Part shown: positions 11,878 to 24,260 of the stretch, piece by piece | How the letters are laid out: each line of letters opens with the position of its first letter | Numbering within the stretch: position 1 is the stretch's first letter | NCBI GenBank assembly: GCA_900088475.1 | Contig: FLMG01002348.1 | Span: 40,768 to 104,767, forward strand | Reading direction: 5' to 3' | DNA: 64,000 bases | DNA from: Hyphochytrium catenoides | Taxonomy: Eukaryota; Protista; Hyphochytriomycota | Made by a program: the position numbers and the translations under genes | Notes under the pieces: generated by a model | Database searches by the model: none | Seen by the model: the letters and a program-made list of their open reading frames with translations, nothing else | What the model was told of the DNA's origin: nothing

Positions 11878-14800
11878 CGTACGCCGACATGATGAAGAAC
11901 ATCCGGATCCACACCCTCAATACTGCTCCTTCGCCCCTTATCTTAAGAGCGACGCAGGTGCCTCGTTCTTCTGCTAATTAACCTTATAAGCGTAGCCGCT
12001 CCCTAATCTGTTAAAATAAGGGAAATCTGCAAGAAGTGTAGAAGAGCAACTCGGGTGAATCTGCAGCACCGCTTCCTGTTGTCCTAGAGTTCTTTCTACT
12101 TGCCATAGAACTCGCTTCTGTTCGCAAGCAACTGCACCGGAGAAGCTCAAAGAAAGAAAGGCACTGAAAAGCTTCAGCCACAGCCCCACAACAGAATTGT
12201 GAAGATCTGACCAAAAGCATCGGGAACAGACAGAGTGCCTTGAAGATTATCTTATCCTACGCGTATCTACCATATTTCTATAGCAACCCGTATGACGAAG
12301 TCGAGACAGAGTGCTGGAGATAGAAGTGATCGTTTTATTTTGTTATTGGAGACCGTCCAATCTGTAATATTACGGAATCGAACTCAACTCGTATTGCCAT
12401 GCGCCAGCACAATGCAAGGCTCCAGTTGAAGCGCCTCTCCAAGGCTCCCCCTGGACACCTCCTGGATTCGTGTGACCTATGTCCGATCTTCCACAAGTAC
12501 TGGTAGTGAAACAGAAGAAATAGAAGGGCATGTAAACTAGACATATTTTGACACCAAATTTTGGTTTTGGTAAACGTCGCTGTAACGTATGCTATTTTTA
12601 CAGCTCTTTTGTCTAATAAATGACTGTTTTTGCCAGGATGTTAACAATTTTACTGTAAAGATGGGATATTTTGCCGTAGAAGGTATTCAAACAAAGCTGC
12701 TCACTGCCCACCCATCTTCTCTCTCACCAATGTTCTTAAGTCATTTATAGAGAAAAGAGACAAGAAGAACCAGCATCCATGCTGTTCCAAATGGGAAGAG
12801 TGGCCAAAGCCGTGGACCAAATCTGATAGCTCTTGTTCACAACTCTTCCAGGATGTCCCATCCGCCCCCGTTGTTTGGGGTACATATTGTTTGGGTACAA
12901 GCAGGAAGAGGTCAGAAGGGGATTGTGCGCCTCTCTCTGCTTTCTATGCACCACCAATCCACCCACCTTCTCACTGAGACTTTATCCTTGTAAAGTTCTG
13001 TAAGAGGAGCACGTTTGTCCCACCAAGCACGATTTCTGCCCATCCATCACCTGTTCCATCCCTCCACTGTACAGAGTATAGAAATAGAAGTAAGGCAGTA
13101 ATTACCCGTCGTGGCCTAAAGTATTGACAGGTCAAGAATGAAGCTTGTACTAGGAAGAAAGCGACTTTTCAGAGCCTCATCATAGTTGGAGAGATTATAA
13201 GAACCTGGACTACTCTTCAAGGCATAAAAGAAGTGCACGACGCACGCCAGGGCTTCAGTTCAGAGTGATGTTTTTACTAACACCAGCATGCGTTATTTAG
13301 CTCCTTTCCAAGAAATGTACCTCCTTTTATACCGCTGAATCCGGTATCTACCAAGACCTGGAGAGGTGGGTGGAAAATGTCAGCACTGGCGTCACTACGA
13401 GGGAAGCCATGATGAAGCAGGACAATCAAGGGCCAAAGCTTGCTGCTGCAACGTTGGAAAAGTGGTTAAGGCTTAGGGAAAAAGATCATAGAATGAGTCA
13501 CTGCTGACAATGCTTGTCACAAACACAGACATTCACCATTAGATTCGGTACCTCTTGTTTTCTCTGGGAAGATAAGAAATCATTTTCGTTTTCATTTAAT
13601 ACCTATTTTCGGACCGATCGCAGACATCAACTCATCGGTTCAGGTTTAGGATATGCTTTGTGCCAGAAGTTCTCTTCCCCGCCATTTCCCGTCAGTTGTT
13701 CCCCCAAAAGTTTGGACCTAAAATCGCTTCCTTGGTCTCTGGTGCTTTGCTCTTCTCAAAGCCTTACCTAGCAGGCTTTCTTTCTCCTCTCCTCAATAAA
13801 CCCTCTGCTAATTGACAATAACTCTACAGGGCCTAATTCCATATATAAGCCTAATAAGGCATCACTCTGTCTTTTCCAAATCAAGTCATTGCTGAAAACT
13901 ATCCACATCTTAACTGCCACTCTGTCTCTTAAGGTTCGATGTCGTTTGGGTGCAGGTGCCACTCTATTCCTCCTTGCCCCTCCTCTCCCCTCTTGTCACC
14001 TGCTTCCTCCTCCTAACAGACAAACGCTTGAAACAGAAAGGGAGGAACGGTACTTGTCTACGTGAGACAGAGAGGCAGAAAGACTGAGTAACAAAGGGAG
14101 AAAGAGTAGGGAAAAGCAAGAGGGAGAGTGGAGGCGGATGGGAGAGAGAGAGACACGGCAAAAGGAGAGGAAGAGATGAAGGAGAGAGGCGCGTAGGTTT
14201 AGGGAGACAGCTGCACGAAAGGATTGCCTGTCAGAGACAGTCACAATCTCTTCTCTCCCTCTCTCGCCCTTCTGTTCCAACAATCTTCCCTGTCAGCTCC
14301 ACAGAACGGAAGCTTCTCTTCTGCAGCAGCTTTTGCATTGTTCTCTTCTCTCTCTCTCTCTCTCTGTATCCCTGGCATCTTACAGTGGTGTCTGGAGTCC
14401 TCTGTGTCCCTCCCTGACAAGTCTTCACCAGTCCCATAGTTCTGTCTTTCCTTTCAAGAGAAGAAAAAGAAGAAAGAGATCGTGTGCGCTAGACAGGTAG
14501 AGCGGGAAAGAGGTTCTCTTTCTCCTGACGATCACTAAGCTTTCTACCCTTTCGAGGCCCGCAGCGCATTCTCTCTCCTGATATTCAGAACTCTTAGCGT
14601 CCTACCGTCTGCAGCATAAACAGAGCTCCGAAGCGGCACTTTTCTAATTGAAGAGGCAGAAGAGACGAGACGAAAGCTGGAGGCTCAAGGGACTGACGTG
14701 CGACCAGGCGCGAGCATTCTCTCGCTCCTCATTTCAAGCACGGCAGCGTCAACGCCCTCTACTGAAAGGGCAAGCTTCATTGCGTAGCCCTTGGGGCTTG

Positions 14801-14939
14801 TACAGAAAACGATAGAGATTCTAAGCGGCGCGTCGGCGAAATTTCTCAAGTGAAGCTTCCGTTCATTTCCGCATTTTCTTTAAGGGGCACATATCGGAAT
14901 TGATCTGAATAAGTGGATTAGTTAGAGACAGAACAAAAG

Positions 14940-16235
14940 ATGGATCCTGCGCAGGAAACAATGTATACGCTCTCTACTGGGCGATCTCTACGCATCGTTG
15001 GCTATTCTAAGGACCGCGATGGAGTTATTCATTACCATCTGGAAGTTTCGTATACCCCCGCAAATGGTAGGTGATACTCTTCCATTGTCGCTAAGCGTCT
15101 CTCTTGAAGCCTTTCCGCTTGGCTTCGAAGACTGCATTGTATACGACTCCTCCGTCTCTCCTACTCTAGCTACCGCATCGTCTCACAGACTAGGGAGAAC
15201 GTAATGTTCTTCTTTTACGAACAGTTCTCAACAACTCTTCCGAGTCTCTGCCTCTCTCCTCTCTCTCTCTCTCTCTCTCTCCCCCTCTCTCTCTTTCCTT
15301 AAAGGCAGGGATCTTTCGAAGGCGCTTATCTAACCTACCAGTACCGCGTCTTGCTCACTCCTCTAAGGGCTGCACACACCAAATTTTTTCTCTCCTGGTC
15401 CGATAGAACACTTTCTAACTTTTTCTTCCTCATCAGGTGAACCTCGTACCAAGTTCTTAATGAAGCGTTTCAATGACTTCAAAATGCTACATTCGTTTAT
15501 GACGCGCACACTAAAGGAGCACAATGAGTCCCATGGAGAAGATGCCAGGAAGTGCTGCTGGTGCTGGAACGCTAATCTTCCTCAGCTCCCGGCCTACGAT
15601 ATCCTCTCCCGCTTTAGAAGGTCGGATCCATCTCTCATCAACCATAGAAGAGCTGTCCTGGAACAAATTCTCGAGGTAAGACAAAGCAAGGCCGACTTGT
15701 GGTTAGGCAACAATGAGAGTGATATGTCAACGGGAGTAGATAGGACTCTTCGGATACACGAGTCTGCGCTGTGTTCTCTAACCCTCTACTTTTTTGCCGT
15801 TCGTTGTGCTAGGCTATCGAGGCTTGCTCACTCTTTAGGAGCAGTGACAAGTATTTGCAGTTCTTGGAGATGGAGTTCTTGTCTAGAGTCCCGGGCTCGC
15901 GATATCTGTCTCTTAAGGAACTGAGTGAGAAGGAGGCGCAAGAGAGCCATTCATTACATATGAAGATCCTGAGGAAGCCATTTCTCGAGCTCCTTTCTCC
16001 CTGGGCGACGCAGGGAGAGGGCACAACGGAGATTGAAACCTTACTCCAGAAGAGGAAGATATGGGCAGAAAGTCCTCCACCTCATCTTCATCCAAACAAA
16101 ATGTTCAGACCGTCGCTGCAGATGACGAACGATGTCTTTGAAGGAAGAGGGAGAATGTCCATTGAGGGCGATGTAGCCAATGAGCGAGACGGGATCATGG
16201 ACCTACCGCCTCTTGCGAACACTGCCCAGTGCTGA
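14940..16235 (+). CDS. PX (phox homology) domain protein, 3 exons
   Basis: MDPAQETMYTLSTGRSLRIVGYSKDRDGVIHYHLEV, spliced to KRFNDFKMLH...LPQLP...DPSLINHRRAVLEQILE, then LQFLE: the PX RF/RY, Pro-rich loop and RR helix pattern. Confidence 0.8.
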
Positions 16236-16683
16236 GGCTTCTCTTCACATTACTCTTGCGGCGACTCCGTCTTCTTCGTCACTTTCTCGGAAGAGTTCTC
16301 TGTGCTCCTCTTTATCCTCTCTCTCTCTCTGGCTTTCTTAAACGCTGTATCCTGTCTCTCGCTGTGTCCGTCCAGCTGGACCTGTATCCTTGTCACATTA
16401 GAAAGATAATGCTCTGCGGCATTCTTGATGTATCCTAGAAGTAAACGTCTTCGTATCCTTCTATATTTATTTTTCCCTTCTCCACTAATAAATGTTATAC
16501 ATCCCCTTATAAATACATCCCGCTGTGGAGCCTTATTAACCCCGAACCTAGAGTCTACCTTCTCTGCATTCACTGATGTTTTCTATGCTAGCCTGTTCCT
16601 GGTGTCGCCAAGGCTTGTGTGCATGAAGAAGGGTCCTTCACCCTACTTCAGATTGCTTATTAAGCCTCACTTCTACGCCTCTC

Positions 16684-18894
16684 TCATGAGCCTGACCTGC
16701 TCTGCGTCAGAAGGTGATAGAGAGATGCCGTCAGTCCTTGTTTCTCTCCAATACTTCGGTTGGCAACGTCTGCCATAGGGGCCAATGTGGAAAGCAGGTC
16801 GGGAGTTAAAGCTAGAAACAACTGCCTGATTGTCTGCTGCACTAACAGACAAGCGTACAGCTCTCCTTCTTCAATGTACAAGCCCAGTAGCTCCTCCAAA
16901 TAAGAGACAAAGTGCAGGAAGAAGTTTTCCTTCACGATAGGAAATAGCAGATGTCCGCAACAGGGCCACGGGATCTCTTTAAGAAGATTCGTGAGGCAGA
17001 AGAGAGAAAGTATACTCCCAACTTTCTCTTTCCCTCCTCTCTTCAACGGCGCTCTGCTGTTACGCGACGGCGGTACCCATAAAAGGGAGAGAAGAAGATC
17101 TAGGGATTGTCGAAGCAGACGGGCTTCCTCCTCGCGTTGGAGGCCTCCTTCCGGCCACAGAAAGCGCACTCTTCTCGAGAAAAGGAGGAGAAAGCGGTAA
17201 TAGCCTACCAAGAGCCTGTTGAAAACTCTAGGAGGTGAGAGCTCCATATACTCTCTAAAGTCAACAAGAAGGGAAGAGAGAGGAAGAGCAATAGAAGCAT
17301 CAGGGGCGAGAAGTCCACCGCCCTCTTCCACCCCATCGAGCAGAGCCTGTACGTTGAGCTTCTCCGAGATCACGAATGACGCCTTTTCTACTTTTCTTTT
17401 TCTCTTTCCTACAGTCTCTCCCGCCCAGCCATAAGCCCATTCTTCGCTTCCTATCTCAGCGACAAGGTGTTCAAGAAACCTCGCAGAACACCTTGTAAAT
17501 GCCTCCACCATAGGGTCTACATCCACAAAAGCCCGAGCTAAGTCAGGGAAAAGATCTGAATGTATAGGAGGTTGAGAGCGATCAGCATCCTGTCGCTTTT
17601 TTTCCAAAGAAAGCGAAGAATGTAGTTGGCCAAAGCAGAGAATCTGGAGATCCGTAGGCAAGAGGAGGTTATCGCGATAATCAACCGCAGAAAGCGCTCC
17701 TTCAGAGTAAAGATTGCGGCAAACTCTCTCAAACAAAATCGGGCATTCCGAGCGGTACCAGCACATCAATCTCTTTATGTTCCACCACTCCTGTTCCCTC
17801 ATCCTTTCCTGTTCATCTCTTCCACTTTGTGCTATTGAACTTAGGAGAGAGAGTAGCCGGGCTGTTACTCGGGCTTCCAAGTCATCCTGGTGTCGTCGGT
17901 CCCCTCCTGGGTTAAGTGAGACTGCTGCCAGCGCTTCCATTTCGTCTTGTAGAGGAACCGGAGGGCCTGGGGAGAAGGGAACAGGAGAAAGAGCTCCTTC
18001 TGCTCTATCTAACAGAAGACGAACGTTCCACTCTCTCAGCTTTGCTCGGGCCCAGCCTTTGGCTTCCCCAGAAGCTGTCCCTGCTGTTAACTCCTTCAGG
18101 AGCCAGAGTACCTGATCGCGCCAGATATGATGAAGGATGAGCGGCTTCGACCTTTTCTCTCGCTCTCTTCTTGAACCTCTCTTCTCTATGAGCCTTCCCC
18201 ACTTTGCTATCTCTATTTCATCTTTGAGGTCTCTCCCAGTCTCTACAGGTGGTAGAACGGCCTTCAGCATGTACTCTAGGATCAGCTCAAAGGGGCGAGG
18301 AGAGGCATGATAACCTTCAACAGTGTGAAGAAGGAAGTTAACAAAAACTGACCCGTTCAATCGCAGTTTCTCTTCGTCTTCTCGCTTCTTCTCCTTTTCT
18401 TTCTCTTCGCCTTCTTCCCTATCGTCTGTCATTCCGCCTTCTGATGGCGAGAGGAGAAGGGCACACAAAACCAGCTTTTGGCGAGGACAGAGGCCTAAAA
18501 CTTGGTTCCCCACGGTATCAGCTTCAGAGAGGAGGAGAGGAAGAGGGGAGTAGAGAGAAAGAGAGCTAAACTCGGAAAGGAGAGAGGTCGGCAGGACAGG
18601 GAGCAGAATGGGTCTGCGTATAGGCTCCATGGACTCAAGCTCTTCCACGACATCGGGGTCAGCAGTGCAGTGAGAAGAAAGAGGTATGAAGGACATGTCA
18701 GAGAGGGATGGAGATGAAAAAGAGGAAGAGAATGACGCTGCTGAAGAAGAAGCTGCTGAAGAAGATGATGGAGAAGAGGCAGGTCGGCCAAACGGTAGAA
18801 TGCCATGACTGCACGTGGCTACATCCATGAGAAGTTCCTGCACCAGCTGCAGATACTGCGGACTTCGCAACCCCATCCCTTGACGCTCGTCCAT
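16684..18894 (-). CDS. Intronless ~736-aa Leu-rich, probably all-helical protein of unknown function
   Basis: Uninterrupted 2.2-kb ORF. First ATG (MDERQGMG) at 18894 follows an in-frame TGA; a probable 5'UTR intron lies at ~18934-19002. No family recognised. Confidence 0.75.
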   Translation of the reverse strand: MDERQGMGLRSPQYLQLVQELLMDVATCSHGILPFGRPASSPSSSSAASSSAASFSSSFSSPSLSDMSFIPLSSHCTADPDVVEELESMEPIRRPILLPVLPTSLLSEFSSLSLYSPLPLLLSEADTVGNQVLGLCPRQKLVLCALLLSPSEGGMTDDREEGEEKEKEKKREDEEKLRLNGSVFVNFLLHTVEGYHASPRPFELILEYMLKAVLPPVETGRDLKDEIEIAKWGRLIEKRGSRREREKRSKPLILHHIWRDQVLWLLKELTAGTASGEAKGWARAKLREWNVRLLLDRAEGALSPVPFSPGPPVPLQDEMEALAAVSLNPGGDRRHQDDLEARVTARLLSLLSSIAQSGRDEQERMREQEWWNIKRLMCWYRSECPILFERVCRNLYSEGALSAVDYRDNLLLPTDLQILCFGQLHSSLSLEKKRQDADRSQPPIHSDLFPDLARAFVDVDPMVEAFTRCSARFLEHLVAEIGSEEWAYGWAGETVGKRKRKVEKASFVISEKLNVQALLDGVEEGGGLLAPDASIALPLSSLLVDFREYMELSPPRVFNRLLVGYYRFLLLFSRRVRFLWPEGGLQREEEARLLRQSLDLLLSLLWVPPSRNSRAPLKRGGKEKVGSILSLFCLTNLLKEIPWPCCGHLLFPIVKENFFLHFVSYLEELLGLYIEEGELYACLLVQQTIRQLFLALTPDLLSTLAPMADVANRSIGEKQGLTASLYHLLTQSRSGS

Positions 18895-19299
18895 CTCAAA
18901 GAGTAACACCCGAGACACTCAGTAATTCTTCTCTGCGCAGCAAACGTATCAAATCCCAACGTCAGTCCTTCTTTCACCCATCCCTAAACTTTCTTTCGCT
19001 ACCTCGTCAGACCCGTATGTGTCGGCTTAGACTTTTATGGTACACCAGTCCAACAACGAGAGACGCTGCCTCCATCAGCGATTGAAGTGGGCCAGGCATT
19101 AGTAGTAGCGGCAACTTCATAGCCCCGCCCTAGCACTTCAGTGTCAAGACAAGCCCAAGTCAAGTCCCCGAGAACTCTGTCTCTGCTTCTGCTAGGATTG
19201 AAGCTCCGATAACACTCGTTGAAAGCTCCACCAAAGGGCTGATGAGGTTCTGATCCTTCCTCCTGGAGGACGTCTGATTTGACTCTGTCTCGATGGCAT

Positions 19300-19771
19300 A
19301 AATGTCTTTTTTAGCGTTTTGCACTATGTCTTACAACAAATTCGCCCTCTCTTCCCCGTTGAACGTTCTTCTGGTCTCTTCCTTAGGAATGTGCGCTATC
19401 TCGGTACAGTCATTTAACCTGCGCGTCTCTGTCTTTACTTTGGCTCTGTCTCGAACTTGGTGGCACTCTATCTCTTCAAGTAGACTCTTCGAGAAAGTGT
19501 TTAGCTTCTTTCACTCTTCAGGATCCTGGCCGTTAGCGGTCGGGACTGTAACAAACACAATCACAGAGAAGAGGCAGACGAATCTTTTGTCTCTGTGAGC
19601 CGGCCCCGCGCCCCGCCCCATGTCTTCTCCAGTTCTTGCTGCTCTCTCTCTCTCTCTGTCTCGCACTCTTTCTCTTTCTCTCTCTCTCTTTCTTTCTCTC
19701 TTCCTCACTCTCTCTCTCTTCCCGGTCTCTTTCTCCTTTATTTTATTCCCCTCCGTTTCCCTCTTCCTCCT

Positions 19772-19802
<31 letters not shown>

Positions 19803-20086
19803 CTCTCTCTCTCTCTCACGCTCTAGCTTTCAGGTCATTTCTACCTCTAGAGCACTCTGTCTTTGTAGCTGGGATGTGATGAGCGAGAGAGAAGACAGAC
19901 AGAGACTTCCCACATTAACTTGATGCAGGAAGACACAACGCAATCGATCAGCAAGTGACCAACTGGCCGACAACAAACAGGAGCAAGAGGCAAACTTATT
20001 GAACTCTTCCGCGCAAAGCGAGAGAGACAGAAGAAAAAACGAGTGACCAAGCGAGGAAAGAAAGAAGGAAGAGACAGCGGAGCACA
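19300..20086. promoter_or_regulatory. Putative divergent promoter region with a GC-box-like motif (19601-19619) and a long (CT)n tract (19620-19825)
   Basis: Lies between head-to-head genes; ggccccgcgccccgccc and the CT microsatellite are seen directly. Function is inferred. Confidence 0.45.
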
Positions 20087-23000
20087 ATGAAGATTGTCAT
20101 CAGATCAAGCGATGTAAGGATTATGAGCCAAGCAAGAAAGTGATAGCCTTTGACGCATTCTCCTTCTACTTCACTGTGGCAGTCTCTCTCTTCTGGGCGT
20201 GGTCTCTTGACCTTGTATGACTGCTAACAAAACTTTCTCTCTCTTTAGGACAACGCCATTCCTTTGGAAGTGCAACCGACCGATTCTGTGGCGCTGACAA
20301 AGGTTCACGAAGCGCCAGGCGCCTTTGATCTCTGCTCCTTCTCTATGTCACGCCAACGCGCACTTGCTCCTCTTGCTTGAAATCGATTACCTACCTTGCC
20401 CTCTCCCGAGTTCCAAACTTCAGAGTCCCTCTTAGATGCTCTGCCCGTCTACGTTATCGTGTCTCCTCTCTGCCACTTCTCATCCTTCCTAAGCCTCTAT
20501 CCCTTCTGTCATTCACATGCAAATATAGGCTCATTACGTGGATAAGGTCCATGAGACCTCGCGTCGTGAGCTGAACTATGTCGTTCTGGTTCACAATGGG
20601 AAGATGATGGACGATGGGAAACAGCTGCGGGACTATCATATCCAAGATGGAGCAACGCTTCTTGACATAGAGGTGGGGGCTCTTCTCTAGCTGCATCCTT
20701 GGACCTGTCTCTCTTTCCGAATCCTTCTTCCTTTCATTCTGGTGGGCTACTTTGACAATATCCACACTCAATCGTTCTTTCCTAGCTTTGCCTCGGCTTT
20801 ATTGCTTGCACTCCTCTTGGGCATTAGTTCTTCGATACTCTTCTCCGCTGTTAATTGTCCTCTTGGCCTTCGCTAAGAGAAACGAACCCAACCCCTTCTT
20901 GAGCTTTAGACCTCTCTTTGCGCCTTCTACATTCTTCTTGTTCTTTAACCATTTGTATGTCCTCTTGCAGCCCAGTGCACGCCCATATGGCCATGTAGAC
21001 TATCACAAGCTAGCAGCTGAGATCGAAAGCTCTTTAAAGGCAATGGAGGAGCAGGAGAACTGGGATAGGATGAGGACAGGTACCTTAGCATGGTGAACTT
21101 TGATTACATCAAGCTTCCTGTTCTGCTGCACTCTTCTGCGCCTCTCGTCGCTCCCACGTCGAGCTCTGTCCAGTGTAGCTGACAGAGACTCCTCCCTTCT
21201 TAGAGAACGTGTGGGCTGCAGATAAAGGTAATTTTCGCGATAAAAGAAGCATGCTTGCAAGCCGAGGACTGAGAACTGTGAATTATGTGTGCACCCTAAA
21301 GAGCTCGACATAAGCGTCTTTCCTTTCCCTCAATAATCTTCTTATCCAACTAGTACCTGTTCTCTCTCTTCTGGGTTCTCCTTTCTGTGTAGAGGGCCAT
21401 CTCCACGATTTGAGACAGGAGAGCAGTGACCCTCATGGTGGGCAGCTGATCAAATTGATGGCGATGAGGTCACCGCCGCCCGGCACTGGTAGGTCATCGG
21501 AGTTGTCCCATTCTTTTCTCCCCTGCCGAGGATGTTCCTCGTTCTATTAGCGCTGTTTCACCCTTGCTTTTGAACTAGATGTGCGCTTTAGGTTCTTTGC
21601 GGTACAATCACTGCTCGTTCTCTCCAAATAGGTGTCTTCCCTTTTCCCACATCTTCTCTCCTACTCCCTGTGTCATCCCTAAGTCATCGCTTGGCCTTTC
21701 CGCAGACCTTCCGCACCACGGCAGACGTTTTCATAGCCACTATTCAATCCGTGTGGGCACCTGCATCTTCAACGTTCTACCCAGGTAAGGGCCTCTTCGG
21801 ATCCCTCCCATACTTCCTATCTCTTCGTCAGTGGCTCAATGGATGACTTAGGATGGAAGGGCGATGGAATGGGGAGATGATCACTGTGCCAAACCTGGAT
21901 GAGGAAGTGCGTGTGTGCTCCGCCGAACTTATCTTCAACGAGCAACAGGGTAAGATAAAGCTTCTTGAATGTCTCGTCTCCTCTTTATTTATCCTTACTA
22001 GCCTGGCCAAGTTTGGTCCTATCTCGCTGTCGTTACGCTCTCTTCAATAGCTTTTCCACTGGCTCCTTGCTTCCGTGGTTTTCCTTCAAGACCCCAAATA
22101 ATCTTATTTTTGCCATACAGGTGGGTGGATCTCTAGGCAGACTAGGACAGTCCACTCCGGCCTTACATCTACTCACGTAAGTATAGTCTTCGCCAATCAT
22201 CAAGAGGGAGCACGGGGTAGGAGAAAGATGTGTGTCGGCAGATTGATTTTGGAAGCGAGAGAAAGGAGATAAGATGCAATGAATGACTAAAATACGTAAG
22301 CACTGATCGCCATTTGTCTTACGATATATGTCTCAGTACTACTGGATGCGGCCGATCGCTAACGGCCTCGTGCGGGTGGACACTGATGACCCCGCGTTGA
22401 TGGGATGCGACATACGGCTTGAGGAACAAGGAAACCATGTTCTCTCGATGGTCGCCATCTCTAGGAAGACTGGTAAGGGCCAGATTCCCTTGTTCCGGAT
22501 GGGTCGTAACCCTNNNNNNNNNNNNNNNNNNNNNNNNNNNNNNNNNNNNNNNNNNNNNNNNNNNNNNNNNNNNTTGCTTCCGTGTGAGTTATGCCTTTGT
22601 CTGCCGTTTTGGTTCCTGCCGCAATGGACGTAGTTCCTCCCACTCTCCCGTGCCCTATGTTGATGACACCCCTGCGGCTTTTGCCCCTGCTATCTCGCTT
22701 GCTTCCTAATCATCCAGGCAAGCCTATATCCGTGGAGACCACCACTTGGATAGGTAACAACAGGCTAAGGACTATCCAGGTACATCTCTCTGTGGAGTGC
22801 CACATAACCTCCAGTTTGCCTCACCATTGGTCGCCTTCGCATGTCCGTACAGACTTTCACCGAGAATGGAGAGAACAAGCGCGTTTATGTCTTAAGCGAG
22901 AAGAGGTCTGACTGAACTACCATCTTTTGCTTTATCTTAGCTCTGCTTTGCTTCTTCGGCCTCTGTTCTGCCTTCCTTCTGTCCTTGCTCTCACTGTATC

Positions 23001-23144
23001 GTTTGTAATCATGATTGCCTTGTCATCCTACATTCGCGCCTCCTTCAGCTTACTAAATCAACGTTGTGCAGGGTGGTGGATACTGTCTCTGGAGCAGTGA
23101 CGCCTTATCAACAAGGAGCTCATGATGAATTTGAAAATGAGTAA
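20087..23144 (+). CDS. Ubiquitin-like domain fused to a calycin/DUF3598-like beta-barrel domain; about 12 exons
   Basis: Spliced N-terminus MKIVIRSSD-DNAIPLEVQPTDSVALTK...VLVHNGKMMDDGKQLRDYHIQDGATLL is a clear ubiquitin fold. C-terminal MEGRWNGEM...SVETTTWIGNNRLRTIQTFTENGENKRVYVLSEKR resembles a GxW calycin barrel. Stop TAA at 23142-23144. Confidence 0.75.
22514..22573. other. Assembly gap (60 N) inside an intron
   Basis: Run of N. Confidence 1.
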
Positions 23145-24260
23145 AGGGCTTAGAGGGTAACCGAAGGAAGCAGCAGCAGATAGCGAAGAGTAAACCTAGT
23201 TCCGGTGAGCCACAAGCGTTAGAAAATCAAGAGGGCTTCCTAGGTTAACTAGAACTGCAAGTAAATCCAGTGACATAATATGTGGACACGATAGCAGAAC
23301 ATCCTTCATGTACAGTTCTTTCCCTGGTCGGCATCCGTTTCCTTACCCGTAGCTTCTTGCCCTTTCCCTTAAGAGTTATTCCTCTTTCCATCGATGCTTG
23401 GTCCCTCGGTCTTTGCCCTACTCTGTCCGCCTCGAAGGGTGCAGCTACATAGCTCCGTGCTGCACAGCAAATAACAGCGCATCCTTCACCGTTCAATACA
23501 TCTGGAAAAAGCCTAACCTTTCTCCAGACAATGCTTCTTATCTTTACAAAGGAGAGATTAGTCCCCCCCCCTTCAGCTAGTAGTCCATGTGTGGTATGCT
23601 TCTCTTCTGTCCACTCAGCTCAAGAAGGATCCCGGCAGTTTTCTGGAGGATGATACATTTTGTTGGCCTGAAGGTCAAGTCTTCCCTCATGGCATTCCAC
23701 CACACCGTTCAGTAGGCTATGAGGTAAACCAATAAAGATAATGATCCGCACGCAACCACATACTGTTTAATATCGCCCGCTAATCTCCGCTCATCACCTC
23801 TATCCTGGGGTAGGCCGAGTACGGAATAGCGTCTAAAATCTCCTAACTATCTGCTCTCTCCAACAGGCAGAACGTTGAGGAATCGTTAATTAGCCTACCT
23901 CACTCAGCATAGTCTGTTCGACATTCTGTTCGACAAGGCACCCGGTGCTAAACAAGCAACTGGCTAAGCAAGCTTGGACTTCCCTACCAGCCTCTTATCT
24001 AAAATGTGGCTAGAAGACATAGTGTCCGCAGGAAACTATTTTATAAAAGTCGATGGTTTAGCTGTGAGCTCTGGAGCACTACCGCTGCTAACCGGTTCAT
24101 AGTCTGATCTGATCAGGGAGGCAGTGCGCTCGCCGCTCTCGCTGATTTTAGTGTCTCTAAGAGAAGTGGCGAAGTGCAGCCGCTAGAGACAGCGCAGCTA
24201 CAGAATAAATATCTAACAAAAATAAAAGAAGAAGGTGGAATCATCTAGGAATAAGAGGCT

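Noticed and set aside
19511-19923. Several ORFs rich in RE or SL repeats (also 5382-5850, 61023-61440, 61899-62234)
   Set aside because: Translations of GA/CT microsatellites, not real proteins.
22505-22573. taaccct next to the N-run as a telomeric seed
   Set aside because: Single unit beside a 60-N gap within an intron; no repeat array.
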